Assembly: GCA_038496445.1 (NCBI GenBank)
Contig: JALMLS010000322.1
Span: 620,001 to 684,000, forward strand
Length of the DNA: 64,000 nt
Direction of reading: 5' to 3'
Source: Trichosphaerium sp. ATCC 40318
Taxonomy: Eukaryota; Protista; Tubulinea
The notes beneath the pieces were generated by a model, which worked only from the letters and a program-made list of their open reading frames with translations, did no database searches and was not told where the DNA came from. Position numbers and translations under genes: made by a program. Below are positions 12,489 to 25,673 of the stretch, one piece after another (position 1 is the first letter of the stretch; every line of letters begins with the position of its first letter).

Positions 12489-12946
12489 CACGTGTATGAA
12501 GTATTAATATTTCACCATAACGGGTTTTTTTTGGGTTGGGAATGTTGAATGGGTAAACCCAAAAGCCATCAGTTCACACAAGATGTCGGTACACATAAGA
12601 AGTGGAGTTTTCGCACTAGCTCAGTCCCTTTCGTTTTATCCTAACACTGCTAAGTATCTACCTTTATTTTTTAACCGTCAAAGCCGGGAACACAACTATC
12701 TGTATGGTCGCAAGCTATATTCTAACCAATGTATCTAAAATTGGCAAAGAAGGGTTTTCAAGTTTCTTCCTTTAGGTCGCTAATGATTTGGGATTTAGCT
12801 CTACCTGCTTATGGTAGCCCATTCATTACAAAACTGAAATACTGCTAAACAACATTCTTGAAAGAAACCTTTGATGCCATCTTTGGCCTCTGTTTAAACT
12901 TTTTAGAACTATCCTTTCTCAATCCTACTACTCATTCACAATTTAG

Positions 12947-13176
12947 ACAGAGCCCCAAATGGTGGTACGCAGCTCTTGGTCGTGTCAATACAAAAAACGA
13001 AATTGTATTTTTTTTTTTGTAAACCTTGTTTGTATCTCATCATTCTTTTTAGCTTTCATGAGCCCTATCACTGATTACACTTCTCCACTCACCTAATTCA
13101 TGAGAGAGATGTTTGGCGCTTACTGTGATGCTCCACGAAAAGATTCAATATGCGGTTGCTCTTTTCGACGTTAGTT
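12947..13176 (+). pseudogene. Decayed, inverted duplicate fragment of the M28 aminopeptidase gene (source 40461-40701)
   Basis: tgtatctcatcattctttttagctttcatgagccctatcactgattacacttctcc is the reverse complement of about 40559-40614. The copy includes intron sequence, a CAA>TAA change and small deletions. Confidence 0.9.
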
Positions 13177-13411
13177 GTCTGCTCATTGTTACTTTTTGAT
13201 TCTACAGTGGCATCACAAAATATTATTCGTTCAAACTCACCGTTTACAAACCTTTTTGTCTGAGTTGACCTTTGTCTCGACATTGCTCACTATGTGGCCA
13301 TTCTGGGTTAAGCTCAACGTAACATTCTCAAGCATGAGAAGAACTGTTCGTCATACTCACTCGAAGGCAAAACGATTAATAGTAGCAACTGGGAAAGATA
13401 ACACTTTAAAT

Positions 13412-14701
13412 TTACAAAGAAATTTTGGGTGTGTTTCCAGTGTAGACTTCATCGTAGCTTGAACTAGAGTCACCAACCTTCATGGCAGCGTAGGAAATCT
13501 ATGTGAACTTTAGGATTTGAACAAAATAACGGAACTTACCGTTGTGCTCGTTGTAGTGTAAGGTCTTTGTACTTTCCACTGCCTAGAATCTAATCAGTTT
13601 TATATTAATCAAACTCAAATATCACGTGACCATTTGTAGATACCAACTTTCATATAAGGACCATGCAAATCATTGAAACAAGTGCCTAATGTTTGTTAAA
13701 ACAAAAACTAACCTAACCGTTACCTACCAACTTTATCTAGAGTCCAAACCTCCTTATTGTTTATCCACATGTTTAAATAACCATCTCCATCATAAGATAA
13801 CCTATTTTCGCGGTTAACATTTGTAAACACTCTGAAGAACATACAGGTGAAAAAAATAAGAAACAACGTAACGTACTTTATGTGCACCACAAAGTCATAC
13901 CAATTTCCTGGTTCAGCTGTCATAAACTGCTTTTCATTTGACCATTTATACTCGAAAGGTTTTGTAATGTTAAGCCTTGAATCCGCACAGTGTGAATAAA
14001 AAATAAAGAAAAAGAGAAAAATCACCTTGGATCACCTCTGGATCTACCATACCAATTTCCTTTGTAAATACTCAATGCAAAAGGAGGATTACGCTAGATC
14101 AAATACACATAAGAAATAAAAAGGAGATATTGTCCAAACTCAATCACGTGGTCCGTACGTAAATTTCGCCAATATTGAATCTTGGTACTCCATGCAATTG
14201 AAAGTGAATTTCTTCATTCGAGAGTTCATCTACGAACAATTTGATATTAAAGAATTGACTTTTAGAAGTAATATTCAACAATGACATATTACCTTGAGAG
14301 TAGTTATGGGGTACTAATATAGAAAAACCAAACCAAACATCATTGCCTTTAGTTTCATTATTCAGAAGCTCACAAAAAAAGTTTTCCAAAGAAAATCACG
14401 GCACCTATTTCGTAGTTACTCCGGCGAGAGAGCTCTGAGCGATAACAAGGTTCACCAGTAGGGCAATATTGAACTAAACGAGGCTCAAAATTTACGCTAA
14501 CCTTGTACAACGCCTACCACCAAACGATGCGCAGTTTCCTTGTCGCTGTACGCACGGCGACACGTATAATTGATAATCACGTGTTCCTGTAGTGGATACT
14601 GACCAAGAGGTAAGATTAACAGCGTTGAAATCATCTTCGAACAGCAGGCCTCCCAATACGCCTATCAGACCTAGGAGAAAGAAAAACAAATGCAGCTGCA
14701 T
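13412..14701 (-). CDS. Secreted polysaccharide lyase-like protein (Polysacc_lyase/heparin lyase I-like beta-jelly roll)
   Basis: Signal peptide, then RSEL...WFGFSILVP...HFQLHG...NPPFAL...GNWYDFVVHIK...DGYLNMWINNKEV...GPYMKVGIYKW, the motif order of this family. Multi-exon, stop at 13412. Confidence 0.8.
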
Positions 14702-15021
14702 ATTTGGAATAATATTGGAACTATGTTGAATACAGTGGACCATGCTCACAATTTTCTAGCTATCTCCTCATATAACAAAGTTGAAGATATCCATTCAAGC
14801 TACCTGGGATGAATACGCATTGTGTGGCGGAAGTGAACGAAGTATAACCAATAGTACACTTTTAAATAATGATCAATGTAAAAAGTTTGTTTCACATAGG
14901 TTGGCGGTTGCAGTGGTAAAGGGTGGAGGCACAATTCCGTGGCTTGAAAAAGACCAACAATAATATAATGAAGTGTGAGGGTTACGTCTTTATTGCTAGC
15001 AGTAACAGGTATGCTGAGTGT

Positions 15022-15333
15022 TTAGCAATTGATCAGGCAAATATTGTATTGAGCTTCGCAATTGGTTGAAGATCCTTGGAACAAACATAGGTCAAGTTCA
15101 TCAAGGCATCGATCGTAGCAGTCTTGTCTAGCTTCGCATAATGTTCGCCTGTGCCTACAAGTTTTCCTTCCAATAATTCTAGAACGACAAGCGTTGTATT
15201 GAGCTTGACAATTAGAGTGAAACGCCTGGAAGTATCAGACTACTGTTGAATGAATGGTTTTGTTTGAGCGTACGCTGGTGTAAGTAATGATAGCAAGCAA
15301 TACGATTACAAGAAGGAGAGCAGTGGTATTCAT
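15022..15333 (-). CDS. Small secreted 10-cysteine peptide (87 aa, 2 exons)
   Basis: Exon 15333-15274 MNTTALLLVIVLLAIITYTS, 48-nt GT-AG intron, exon 15225-15022 AFHSNCQAQYNACRSRIIGRKTCRHRRTLCEARQDCYDRCLDELDLCLFQGSSTNCEAQYNICLINC*. Confidence 0.85.
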
Positions 15334-16166
15334 GTTGGATTTTGTGGAGATAAGTTTTCGTACAGGTGTGAACTTTCCCAATAATACCCAATAAAATACT
15401 ACCCAAAACCTTAAAATGTCTTCCGCGTTCACGTAGGTTTAACACACTGCGTACAACGCTTAGGTAACAAAACCGAAAAGCTGTAAAAACTGAGCGATTT
15501 TCCGGGGCTACAAAGCACCCTTTGCGAGCACGTTGTGTTTAGCACGTTAACACGCGTATATAAAGGAAAGCGATACTGTATCGCGTTCGCTTATTTTTCG
15601 CTAGCAAGTTGTGAGTGATTTCAGTAAATGGTGGATACGTGGTACAAACGTCTTGGATGTAGAAGCTAGTACCTACTCTCTATGTGAGCGAAACTTCGAA
15701 CTGTCGTAAAACAGGACAAACAATCTGCCGGATTTATGAACTTTAACTGACAATGTACGTTTCTAGTTTGCAGTTTTTGAGTTTATGTGCTTAAATACCG
15801 CGAGGCCAAAGTGTTTATGAAGTACCAAATAATTTGTACATTTACGACTTTCAGCTATGGTTTTGTTTATATACTGGACTTTCAGCATTCTTTATCATTT
15901 ACTCTGATTTCGAAAAAAAGTTATGATCATAACTCGTTTAAATAACGAATTTGGCCGTAATATTATAGTCGTAATATCTACGTCTTAACGCCTTTATCTT
16001 GTGATTTGAATAGCTTTTCAATACAGTACTTGAAGACATTGTTGATTGGTTTTGGTTGTTTTCTTACAGCTCAGTTTTAACAAAGTACTGGAGTTGATTA
16101 AAATCGCGAAATAAAGCAGTTTATTGATAGATTCTTTTAGAGTTCGGCCTCCACTGAAAGTCTAGT

Positions 16167-17439
16167 TTATGACCAGAACTCAGAACGGAGTCTTTGAAGG
16201 TAGTTTTTCAAGTTAGTCTTTTCAAGGATGAACGATTTAATCTCGTATTCAAATGGTACAGTTGCAAGAGCTTCCAATATACTCCAGACCGTACAATCTA
16301 TATCATGTGGCTTGTCGCCAAGAAAGTAAGGTTTATCATCAAGATAAGCAGAAATAGCTTCTAACATCTCGAAACCGCGCTTAGCTACTTCTGCTCTCTT
16401 GAAGCGTCCCATACCTTGTCCGTATAAAGACTTAAGGACCATAGGTCTTGATAAATACTAAACGCACGTGTCAGGATTATACTCAAAGACTTGAAGAAAT
16501 ATTTCTGTAACAATCTTAACGTACGATGAGAAGCCATCGGAGTGGAATAGATACTCTTCCAAAGTATTCAGGTTGCACGTGATTATAGTAAATTTCATCA
16601 ACTTGCCATCTATAGTATACTAGAACGCTTTTTGTATGGAATTAGAAAACAGGTAAAACGAGGTACATTAGACTTACAAATAGAGTGCTTCTTCAATCAT
16701 TTTCTTGAAGGCATGTGCTTGTGCTTCAATTTTTTTGGAGTAACTTGGTTGCTGTACTTTGAAATGTTGTCTCAGTACTCGAATCATTATCTCGGAGTCT
16801 GGTGTCGCTTCACCATTAAGTACCATCCAAGGCCATTTCCCATTTGGACCAGTGATGAAGTCTACAAACCAATATCAAATAAGAACAAACGTGAAGGTTG
16901 TTGTGCACGTGACAAAATACGAAACCGTGACAAAAAAAATAAATGCAAAAAAAGGCACAAACTAAACGCCTTGCGTCACGTGACCAAAATCGGTACCTCT
17001 ACGAGTTATGTATGGTATACTGTACATACGACAATACATTTCCATTTTCATACAGAAAGGGCTTCCACAAGATGTACTCCACGCCTTTTGGAGTTGAAAG
17101 AGGTAAACTGTATCTTTCTATCACAATAAAATGTTAAAAACGCGCGAAACTCAACACAACAGTGTTTAAATACGCCGATTTTTATGTGAGCGAGTACAAA
17201 ACATAGTTTTATAACGTTTTAACGTACTTTGGCATCTTTAATGGTTGGCGGTACGTATTTTTTTTCTTTTTTGCTCCCACTCAATAAGAAGTACACACAT
17301 ATACTAGCGGCGCCTGTTAAAATAGTTAGACAGTCAAAAAAACGGCTAAAGGCGCGTGTCAAGTACCGATAGCAACTGAGGCTAAAACCCAGTAAGGCTG
17401 ACTAGTTATAATCTGTGGAAGTTCATAGGTGGAACTCAT
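16167..17439 (-). CDS. FAX (failed axon connections)/metaxin-like GST-fold protein with N-terminal membrane anchor
   Basis: GPNGKWPWMVLNGEATPDSEIMI (GST-N), AHAFKKMIEEALY...YRW, YGQGMGRF, LDDKPYFLGDKPHDIDCTVW (GST-C). Confidence 0.85.
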
Positions 17440-17654
17440 TCGTGTTTGTTGTCTATCAACTGCTTTTTTTTACAAACCGCTTAATTTCGTTAAGTCTTTA
17501 CAGTTTAAACTCATTTGCCCGATCGAGTAGAATTGTCCCGATCACCGATACTGAGCAACAAGAAATATACATCAACATAAATGAAGGTAGGATACTTTTT
17601 ATCAGTGGTTATCTGGTTGATTCGATTTTATTCCAAAAACTTTAATTTCTTGAA

Positions 17655-18911
17655 TTACATTTTGGCCTTACAGTTACTTCCGCCATCGACAGCGAGTATA
17701 GCACCTGTAACCCAGCGACCTCCAATGCCGCTAAAATAGATACAAGCGGCTGCAATATCTTCAGGTGATCCAATCCTATGAAGAGGGACGTTGGCTACGA
17801 CAGCGTCTTTAAAGTTTTTAAGGGTAGCCTGCGAAAGAAATAGTGAGATAAAACTAATAAGTGGGAATAATTTTCAGATTTTCGAACGTACTGCCATCAT
17901 TTTTGATTGAAAAGGACCTGCGCATATTGCATTACATGTTATGTGATCAGCAGCAAGTCTGTTAGCCAAATGAAGTGTCTACAACGGAATAAGAAACTTT
18001 GCGAAAAAAAAGAAAGGTTTCCTATTTTAAACACAAAGAACTAACGTACCAGCATGTTTACAGCAGCTTTAGATGAAGAGTATGCATAGGTTTCGAGGAG
18101 TGGCGGAGCAAGACCTTACACGTGGATATAAGACATGGCAAAACAAAAATAAACTGAAAATTTGTGAAAAAAATTTGTACCATTGATACTACCAATGTTT
18201 ATGACACGACCAGGATCATTTATAGATGCTCCTGCTGCAAGCAAAGGTTGTAGTTTTTGGGTGAGCAAGAATAGTGCCTTTACGTTCAAGCCAAACAACT
18301 ACAGCAAGGTGTCAATGACAAGACCAAAAAAGTGCAAAGTTTTTTTTTACAAACAATCAAATCCCGAAGGTTTGTAGAATAAAATGGCGTAAGAACCATG
18401 TAATAAAGCGTTTGCGCGAACTAATTACCTTATCAAAAGCAGCGGCTGGGTATGATTCAAACGGTTCGCCCCAAGTACAACCTAGGCTTATTAGTGTTCC
18501 AAATAGCGATCAAATAGGTCTAGTGGAATTTTCCATCCAGAATGGGTCAACGGTATTTTATGACGTACCAGCATTGTTGACAAGTACATGAATGCGCTTT
18601 TCTTTACGCGATACCTCGTTTACAAGCTTTGTAATGTCTGCTTCATTTTGTAAATCTGCTTGAATGGCATAGCATTCGCCTGGTAGCTTATCAGTAAGCT
18701 CTTTGGCAACCTAGTTTTACATTTAAGCAAATAGTGGCATATTTGACGCAAAACGTGTTACCTTGTTAATGACAGCTTCTTTACGCGATGATATATACAC
18801 TCTAGCGCCATTTGCTACAAATCCTGTAGTTATCATCAAACCAACACCTTGGCCGCCTCCAGTAACTACAACCACTTTCCCTTTAACACCAAAAAGGCTT
18901 TGAACGTCCAT
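17655..18911 (-). CDS. Short-chain dehydrogenase/reductase (RhlG-like), probable peroxisomal
   Basis: TGGGQGVG, LVNNAG, VINIGSING, YAYSSSKAA, CNAICAGPF, RIGSPEDIAAA; C-terminus KAKM*. Confidence 0.92.
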
Positions 18912-19041
18912 ATTGTTGATATAACGGTACAATACAAACTTCCTGGCTTAAAAGCCCATTTATTTTTTAAACACTGTGTGCAGTGTAAGCACTCTTTACA
19001 AGGTAGACCTAAAAGACACGTGCAACTGATTGATCCTACAA

Positions 19042-19692
19042 CTAGTGTTTCAGTTTATCTATTACTTTGTTGCTGTGAGCAATGAAGGCTTGTTGTTCCT
19101 TCAGGCTAACAAGAGAATAAGTGTAAGTTTGATTGAGTTATTGCGTACTTGAGCTTGTTAAACCTTTCAGTTAGCGCTACTAGAGCGTCTTGCTGCGCAA
19201 AAGCTTTTCGTATATCCGCTAAACATACTTTTGGTAGCCACTTTCTAAGAGCGGCGCCAAGCTCCCTGCATTTAATAATTTCACCTTGCGGCCTTCTTCT
19301 GGGAAACAAGCCGACTACGGACTCGTTGGCAGGGAAAACTACAACACTTTCACCAGCACGCGTTGTCTTTCTGACAAAGTTGTCTGTATTGTCCTTTAGT
19401 ACTAGAGGAGACAAAGGAGATTTCTTCGCTATTACTCTGAAATTACTGGTGTTATCTTTAGCAAAGCCTAGCTTTCTTTAGATTTCTTTACAGAGTTGTT
19501 GGTGTTAAAGACTCGTACCGATGTACATGTTTTTTTTAGTGTCTCTAAACACAATAAGATCACCTGTTTTTATACTCTGTAATAACTTAGAACGTTGTAC
19601 GACGTTTCGCGGGAACAAAGAGTAAAACTTACTGTTGCAAGCTTGAAGTGTTGCTTCCTTACTTCTTTTGCGCGTTGTGAATACTCTGCCAT
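19042..19692 (-). CDS. Hypothetical basic protein, multi-exon
   Basis: ATG 19692 (MAEYSQRAKEVRKQHFKLAT), canonical introns, central ORF 19106-19414, last exon ...NKVIDKLKH*. No domain recognised. Confidence 0.5.
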
Positions 19693-19954
19693 TGTAGGGT
19701 TATTGTTTGTTGATGTTTTCGTAGTAAAAACTACGGAGTAGATGCAGTATTAAGGTTGCAAACTTGATTTGATATTAACGTTTCCTTATTTGGAAAGTTC
19801 GAGACGAAAGGTTATCGGCGAATAACTTCTGATTTACTGAACCAACATACTTTATTGTTTCACTGGTCCATCTAGTGATCGTAGTACGAACCGTGTAAGT
19901 TAAGTTTTGCTTGAATGATTTTAAGTCAAAATTTTGTTTTACGATTCCAACGCC

Positions 19955-21537
19955 ATGTCAGAAGACCATATTCATGTCGTAACGCCTACAATTGAGTCAA
20001 CGCCTCTATCTAAATTACTTGGCGTGCCAGTATATCTGAAAATGGATAACGTACAAGCAGCAGGTTAATTTACGCGTATAAACGCTGTACACGATTAATT
20101 TGAGTTGATTCGCTTACCATTTCAAAAGGTAGCTTCAAAACGCGTGGTATTGGCCATCTATGTTCAAAATTGGTACGCAACGATAACTGTAAACATCTCG
20201 TGAGCTCTTCAGGAGGTATGCCACTCGGTTAACAATTTCGTGTTGAAACCACATACGAATTCGTACCGACATTTGCGTTAATTCATTTTCTCCAGGAAAT
20301 GCTGGCTATGCAGCGGCGTATAGCGCTAGAAAATTGAAAACACCAATCACAGTTGTTGTACCGACTACAACACCATCTTACATGCATCAAAGGCTACGTG
20401 ATGAAGGCGCTGAAGGTACGACAAGTGTCACGTCAGCAGTTGGCATTCATTGAAACTCTGACCATCAAATTGTGTTGCTTTCTGTTTATTCTATTCTGTA
20501 GTGGTTGTACATGGTAGTGAGTGGTCTATTGCTCATGAGAAAGCAGTGGAATTAGCAAATCAAGTACGAACTAGAAGCATACTTGACGAGGGCACTAGTT
20601 TTGTCTATTGATTCTGATTTTTTTCGTAAGGATGGGTGGGCTATTGTTCATCCTTTTGAGCATGAAGCTATATGGGAAGGGTCAGTTAAAATAATACGCA
20701 AGATACATAGTAATTAACGCTAATTGATAGACATGAATCTATAATTGTGGAAGCTTGTGATCAACTCAAAGAAAAGCCTGGTGCTATTGTTACAGTTGTA
20801 AGATACTAAAAACAGAGAAAAATTACTTGCTTCTCACACTTGTTTGTAGGTTGGTGGCGGTGGTCTTTTAAATGGTATAATACAAGGTAAAAAGAGAGTA
20901 GGATGGGAAGACGTCCCGATCATTGCTGCAGAAACAAAAGTACTGACAAGCTTAATTAATTAAAGGCTTTGAATTTTTTTTCTCTAGCTTGCTCTATTTT
21001 AACCCTATTTTTTCAAGGGCGCAGATTCTTTGTATCAGTCGGTTAAAGCAAAAGAACTTATTAAGCTTCCTGGCATAACATCAATTGCAGTGACACTAGG
21101 AGCTAGCCAGTAAGAAATACTGTTTTGTTCTTGTAATTTATGTCTGATTTCGGTAGAGTTTCCGCAACTGCCTTTGAAAGAAGTGTAAACTCCAATGTTC
21201 ACACAGCACTGGTGACAGATAGACAAGCTGTTGAAGCAATACAACAATTTTCAGTACATCATAGAGCACTTGTAGAGCCAGCTTGTGCAGCAGGTCTCGC
21301 TATTCTATACACAAAACATGAAGTATTAAAAAAGGTATCCAAGTCAAAAAAAAAAGAAACGTTTGAGCATGCTTTGACATTAACTTCAATTGTAGGTAAA
21401 TCCTTCAAGTATTCTAGTTATTGTTTGTGGAGGAAACATGGTAACTCCAGAAATGGTTTCTCATTGGCTTAAGACAGTAAAAGTAAGTGACTTACAAAGT
21501 GTTTTAAACAAAGCACTTATAACTTTTTTAGCCTTGA
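19955..21537 (+). CDS. L-serine/L-threonine ammonia-lyase (serine dehydratase, PLP fold type II)
   Basis: VYLKMDNVQAAGSFKTRGIG (PLP lysine), SSGGNAG, VHPFEHEAIWEGH, VGGGGLLNG, LVEPACAAGLA, IVCGGN. Confidence 0.95.
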
Positions 21538-21818
21538 CACAAGACGAAAATCTATAATCCTATTGCAATCTTTAAATGTACCTTTTGTTATTTCTATATA
21601 CTACAATCTCTGTCATTAAACTAGCTACCCTTTTGGTTAAAAATTAAAGTTTTTTTACCCCTCCACGTGCGAAAGGTGTCAGTTTTGTGGTTTTGAGTTA
21701 ATAACAGATGAGTATTGCGGTATTGGCATGTGTATACCATGTTGATTTAGCACAAGTCATATTATGTTTAAATGTTCGCCACAAAGCAGGTTTTGGGATC
21801 CAATCCTAGAATTTGATT

Positions 21819-23028
21819 TTATATCATTTCAGCGGATAACCTTCGTATACAAGGTACTCTTCCACTTTGATAGACAGGTGCTGTAGTTACTAAAGGAGGT
21901 ATTGTTTTAATTCGTTCCATGGCTGGTCCACTGCCTTCAGAGAAAACACCTAAACATTGGTCTGTTATACGGGTGACAATAATTTTGTATAAGCTACCGG
22001 TTGATATTTGCATTATTAGAACAGATCCAGAAGCAAAGATAGCTATCAAAGTATTTTCAAAGCTAGTTAGACTAAAATAACCACCACTTTAGTTTGCAGT
22101 GTTATTTAGTGTTCAAAAACCTGGTGTTTAAAAAACGCATACTCGTTATATGGGTCCACTACCGCCAAACTAAAGGTTCCAGGATCTGGTGTAGTAACCG
22201 CTAAAGGACAATCTACGAATACACCACTCAAGGGAGCGCTTGATACAGCACCGTTAGTATTTAGTATGTACACTACATCATTCACAATATCGCCTAGAAA
22301 CAAAAACCGTTATGAAAAATGCAGTGTTATTTAGTGTTCAAAAACCTCCTGACTTACATCCAGCAACAGCACCAGTAACCGATACTTGGCAGCTTCTTCC
22401 AACTGTCAAACAATCTCCACCCATACTCAGATCGACTGTTATTTCCTCAAGTAGCCCTGTATTACTCATTCTCAAGAATGTTGTATCAGAAACAAAGTTA
22501 CAAAAGAAATCATCAACAGAGCCATCAAATGATTTGCTACAAAGTTCTGTTCCATCTCTGGATAACACTTGCTCACTATCTTGACTAGCAAAAGATACGA
22601 TGAATGATCCATCAAGAGATGGTACTAATAGCGATGAGTACAAAAAAAGTAGTAGGTGGTAAAAACCAAAATCAGAATCATTTTTTCCAAACAACTTCTG
22701 ACTTGGGTTCAAAGTTAATTCGCTTGTGAGTGAATATCGTGTGCTGCCACGTAGAAAAATAATACTATGACGTGACATATTCAATGCGGTTAACTCGAAT
22801 GATACTTTCTGCCATTAGCAGGATAAGATATTACTTCGCCTGTATTCTTATTTAGTGTTTTAATTAAAGATAATCGCATTTGTACTGATAAACATCAATT
22901 CATCAGCAACAAGCCTCAATGAAGCTCTATCACCATCAATGACAGCGACAATAAAAGTAGCGTCATCTTGCGTAAATACCAAAGGTATTAAACATAGCCA
23001 CGCTTATCAACAAGCAGACGGTCCTCAT
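21819..23028 (-). CDS. Secreted protein of unknown family, paralog A (1-nt frameshift in signal-peptide region)
   Basis: Homologous along its length to 36270-37445. The ATG at 23028 is out of frame with AWLCLIPLVFTQDDATFIVAV by one base near 23005. Confidence 0.7.
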
Positions 23029-23356
23029 TATAGTACGGCGTAACTTTAATGTTTGACCGCGCCACGTGCAAAAAAATAAAGTCACGTGTTCACTTTTCTC
23101 GAGAAGTCGTTGGCTTACCTCTTTTATGTTGACCTGTGAGAAGCCATATCTAGCCTTTAAACTAACACCACTCGAAAGCTTAATAGCTGCTATGTTGTAA
23201 TAATTTGGTCCCAAAGTGAAGGCACATTAAGTGAAAGGAATAATTTTAAGTCTGTGCACCACAATGATTGTCAATTAATGAAATTGTCGAGTCACCAGTG
23301 CAATTAAGTGACATAATCAATCATTCAGTTACAGGGAAAAGAAAGCCCTCCACCTA

Positions 23357-24940
23357 ATGAGCAGAAACCGAGTATCAAAGACAAAATGGGTAGATCCCTC
23401 AAAAATAGGCTCAGAAGCGCCTCTAGGCGTCAATAGTACGCTTTATAACAATATAAACGCTAAATAAACTAAAATCAAATCAGGTATTAAATCATCGCGT
23501 ATGGCGTATCAACCAGTGTCTCCGATACCTCCTGCAGCGGTTGAAGGCTATCAGGAGGATACACTACCTCCTTGTAACCCAGAGTTGTTCACAGGCCACT
23601 CATCACCTTATACAACAGCACAAGACTTTATATCATCATCAGACGACGAATCGGACGATATTGACGTAAGTTATTAATATTTCTCAACGAAAATCATCAA
23701 ATCTCACACTAACGGCTTCTTTAGCGACCAAAAGTGGTTACACCAGAAGATAGAATTAAAGCAGAGAAAAATCAGGTAAGTTAAACAAGATTTACTTCAA
23801 ACTCAACGTCAAAGCTTTGTTTTTGTTAATTAGACACTAAATCATGTCTAGGCGAACTTAAATATCATTGTTTTTGCTGTATTGGCTGTTATTGTCGCTA
23901 TGGCTTTTATGTTTTATCAATATTCTGTTATAACGTCTAATGCCAAACTGGTACGTATTTTTTCTCGTTGATAACGTTTTTGCGCACGTGGCTTATTTTT
24001 TTGTTGTAAAAATAGATGTCTATAACTTGGAAGCATACTATACAGCCTCAAGAGTATACAATGATACACAAAGAAGGGTACGAAAGGAACCAAGTCAAAG
24101 AGCCTCAAGTTGGTCTCGAGCATACTTTTGACAAAAAAGCTTGAGAAAATATGTCAGAAGTTGACTTTGTTGTTTTTTTGTCGTAAAAGTTATGACTAAC
24201 GAATTAATACTAGGTTCGATTTACCTATAGGTGGTGGTGTAAATGTAGAGCGTACAGAAGAGCGAGTGTATTCAGAAAGTAAAGTCAAAACAGGAACACA
24301 AGTAGTTTGCGAAGATAAAGTTAAAGTGAAGACAAAAAATGAATATTCTCATACTACTACAAAGGTACAAAGAATCATATACAATGTAAATATAGTTGCT
24401 CACATTACTTAGTGTTATGATGATGGCACATGTGAGGATAAGGATGTATTCAAAGAAGTTGAGTATGAAGAAATTGTCAACGAATGCAAAAATATAGATG
24501 TATTCGAAAAAGTGCCAACTTATAGGCCTTACTACTACTACACGACTTGGCAATGGGTTGATAGCGAACCTATTATTGCAAGGTACGCTCTTTATTCTAC
24601 CACATAGATACAGTGTCTCTATAAAGACTTTTAAGCGAACCAAGAGCATTAGAAAGTTTTTTTTTTGTTCATATTTTGTTGAATGATTTAACTATTTTCT
24701 AGTGGCATGAACGATGCTCCTTACTGGCCTCAATACTTTGAAGATCACGGACATAAAGTTAGATATCGTTCAAGTAATTACAAAGCGAAATTTATTGTGC
24801 AAGAAAACGATAAACCATACGATTATGACCTCGGTGATGAGAATGCATATATGTCTCTTTTGGATAAAAACATGGTTGGTGCTCAGTTTAAAGTAAGAAG
24901 AAACGCCTTTTCAATAACAAGCATTATTGGTGTATTGTAA
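23357..24940 (+). CDS. Type II membrane protein with a bacterial-like beta-rich ectodomain
   Basis: Spliced: cytosolic N-tail, TM IIVFAVLAVIVAMAFMFY, then ITWKHTIQPQEY...HKEGFDLPIGG...VPTYRPYYYYTTWQWV...ASGMNDAPYWPQ...RNAFSITSIIGVL*. Confidence 0.75.
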
Positions 24941-25673
24941 GAGTAGAGTAAATAAGCATGTTATGGAAGTAATAAAATTATTTGTACAACAATTTAGCAT
25001 CTATACAGTTCCCAGTTTTCTATTGTACCGTCAAACTTTACCAACCTCTAATAGTGCGGAATATTAACTTGGGGTTGACATTGACTATCAATGGGCTACT
25101 GGCCAACAGCATTCATCCGACATACTCAAGTACGCCAGCTGGAGGATACATTTCCACTCCGTGTAGTCACGTGAACAACAAACTATTTATTAGAGCACCA
25201 AACGTGAACGGCTACAAACCTATAATTTTGTGACTTCGTGGCGTAGTGTGGATTAACTGAACCGTTTTGGTGTTCAGATTGTACCGATCTGATTTACACG
25301 TATTTTTCTTAGTCTCACTAATACATTCCGGAATAACGCGAAATACGCGTTGATTAAGCAAATCAAAGCCCTACGTTTGTTCAACGAAAGGTAGCTTCCT
25401 TGGCTTTTTTTTTCAGTCACGTGCAGTTTTTTTTTTCTGTATTAATCTCCAGAAAACCATGTAGTTTCGCGCAGCGTTTCACTCCTTGTGCTTACTCTGT
25501 GAGTCGTAAACAATACACGAAAGGTCACTTATGGCTCGGAGACTCAACGTGGTCAAGGAGGTTTTACGTGAGTGTCGTGTTTCACAGAAATCGGGGATTA
25601 ATCGGACAAACTCTAGAAAAACGAAGAAAACTCGCACGAAAACAGTTTTCCTAAATATTTGAATTCACCCAAC

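Noticed and set aside
16632-17129. Longer antisense or intron-spanning ORFs in the track (also 19149-19481, 24272-24649, 41174-41644)
   Set aside because: They overlap well-supported genes on the opposite strand and are low-complexity read-throughs of introns.
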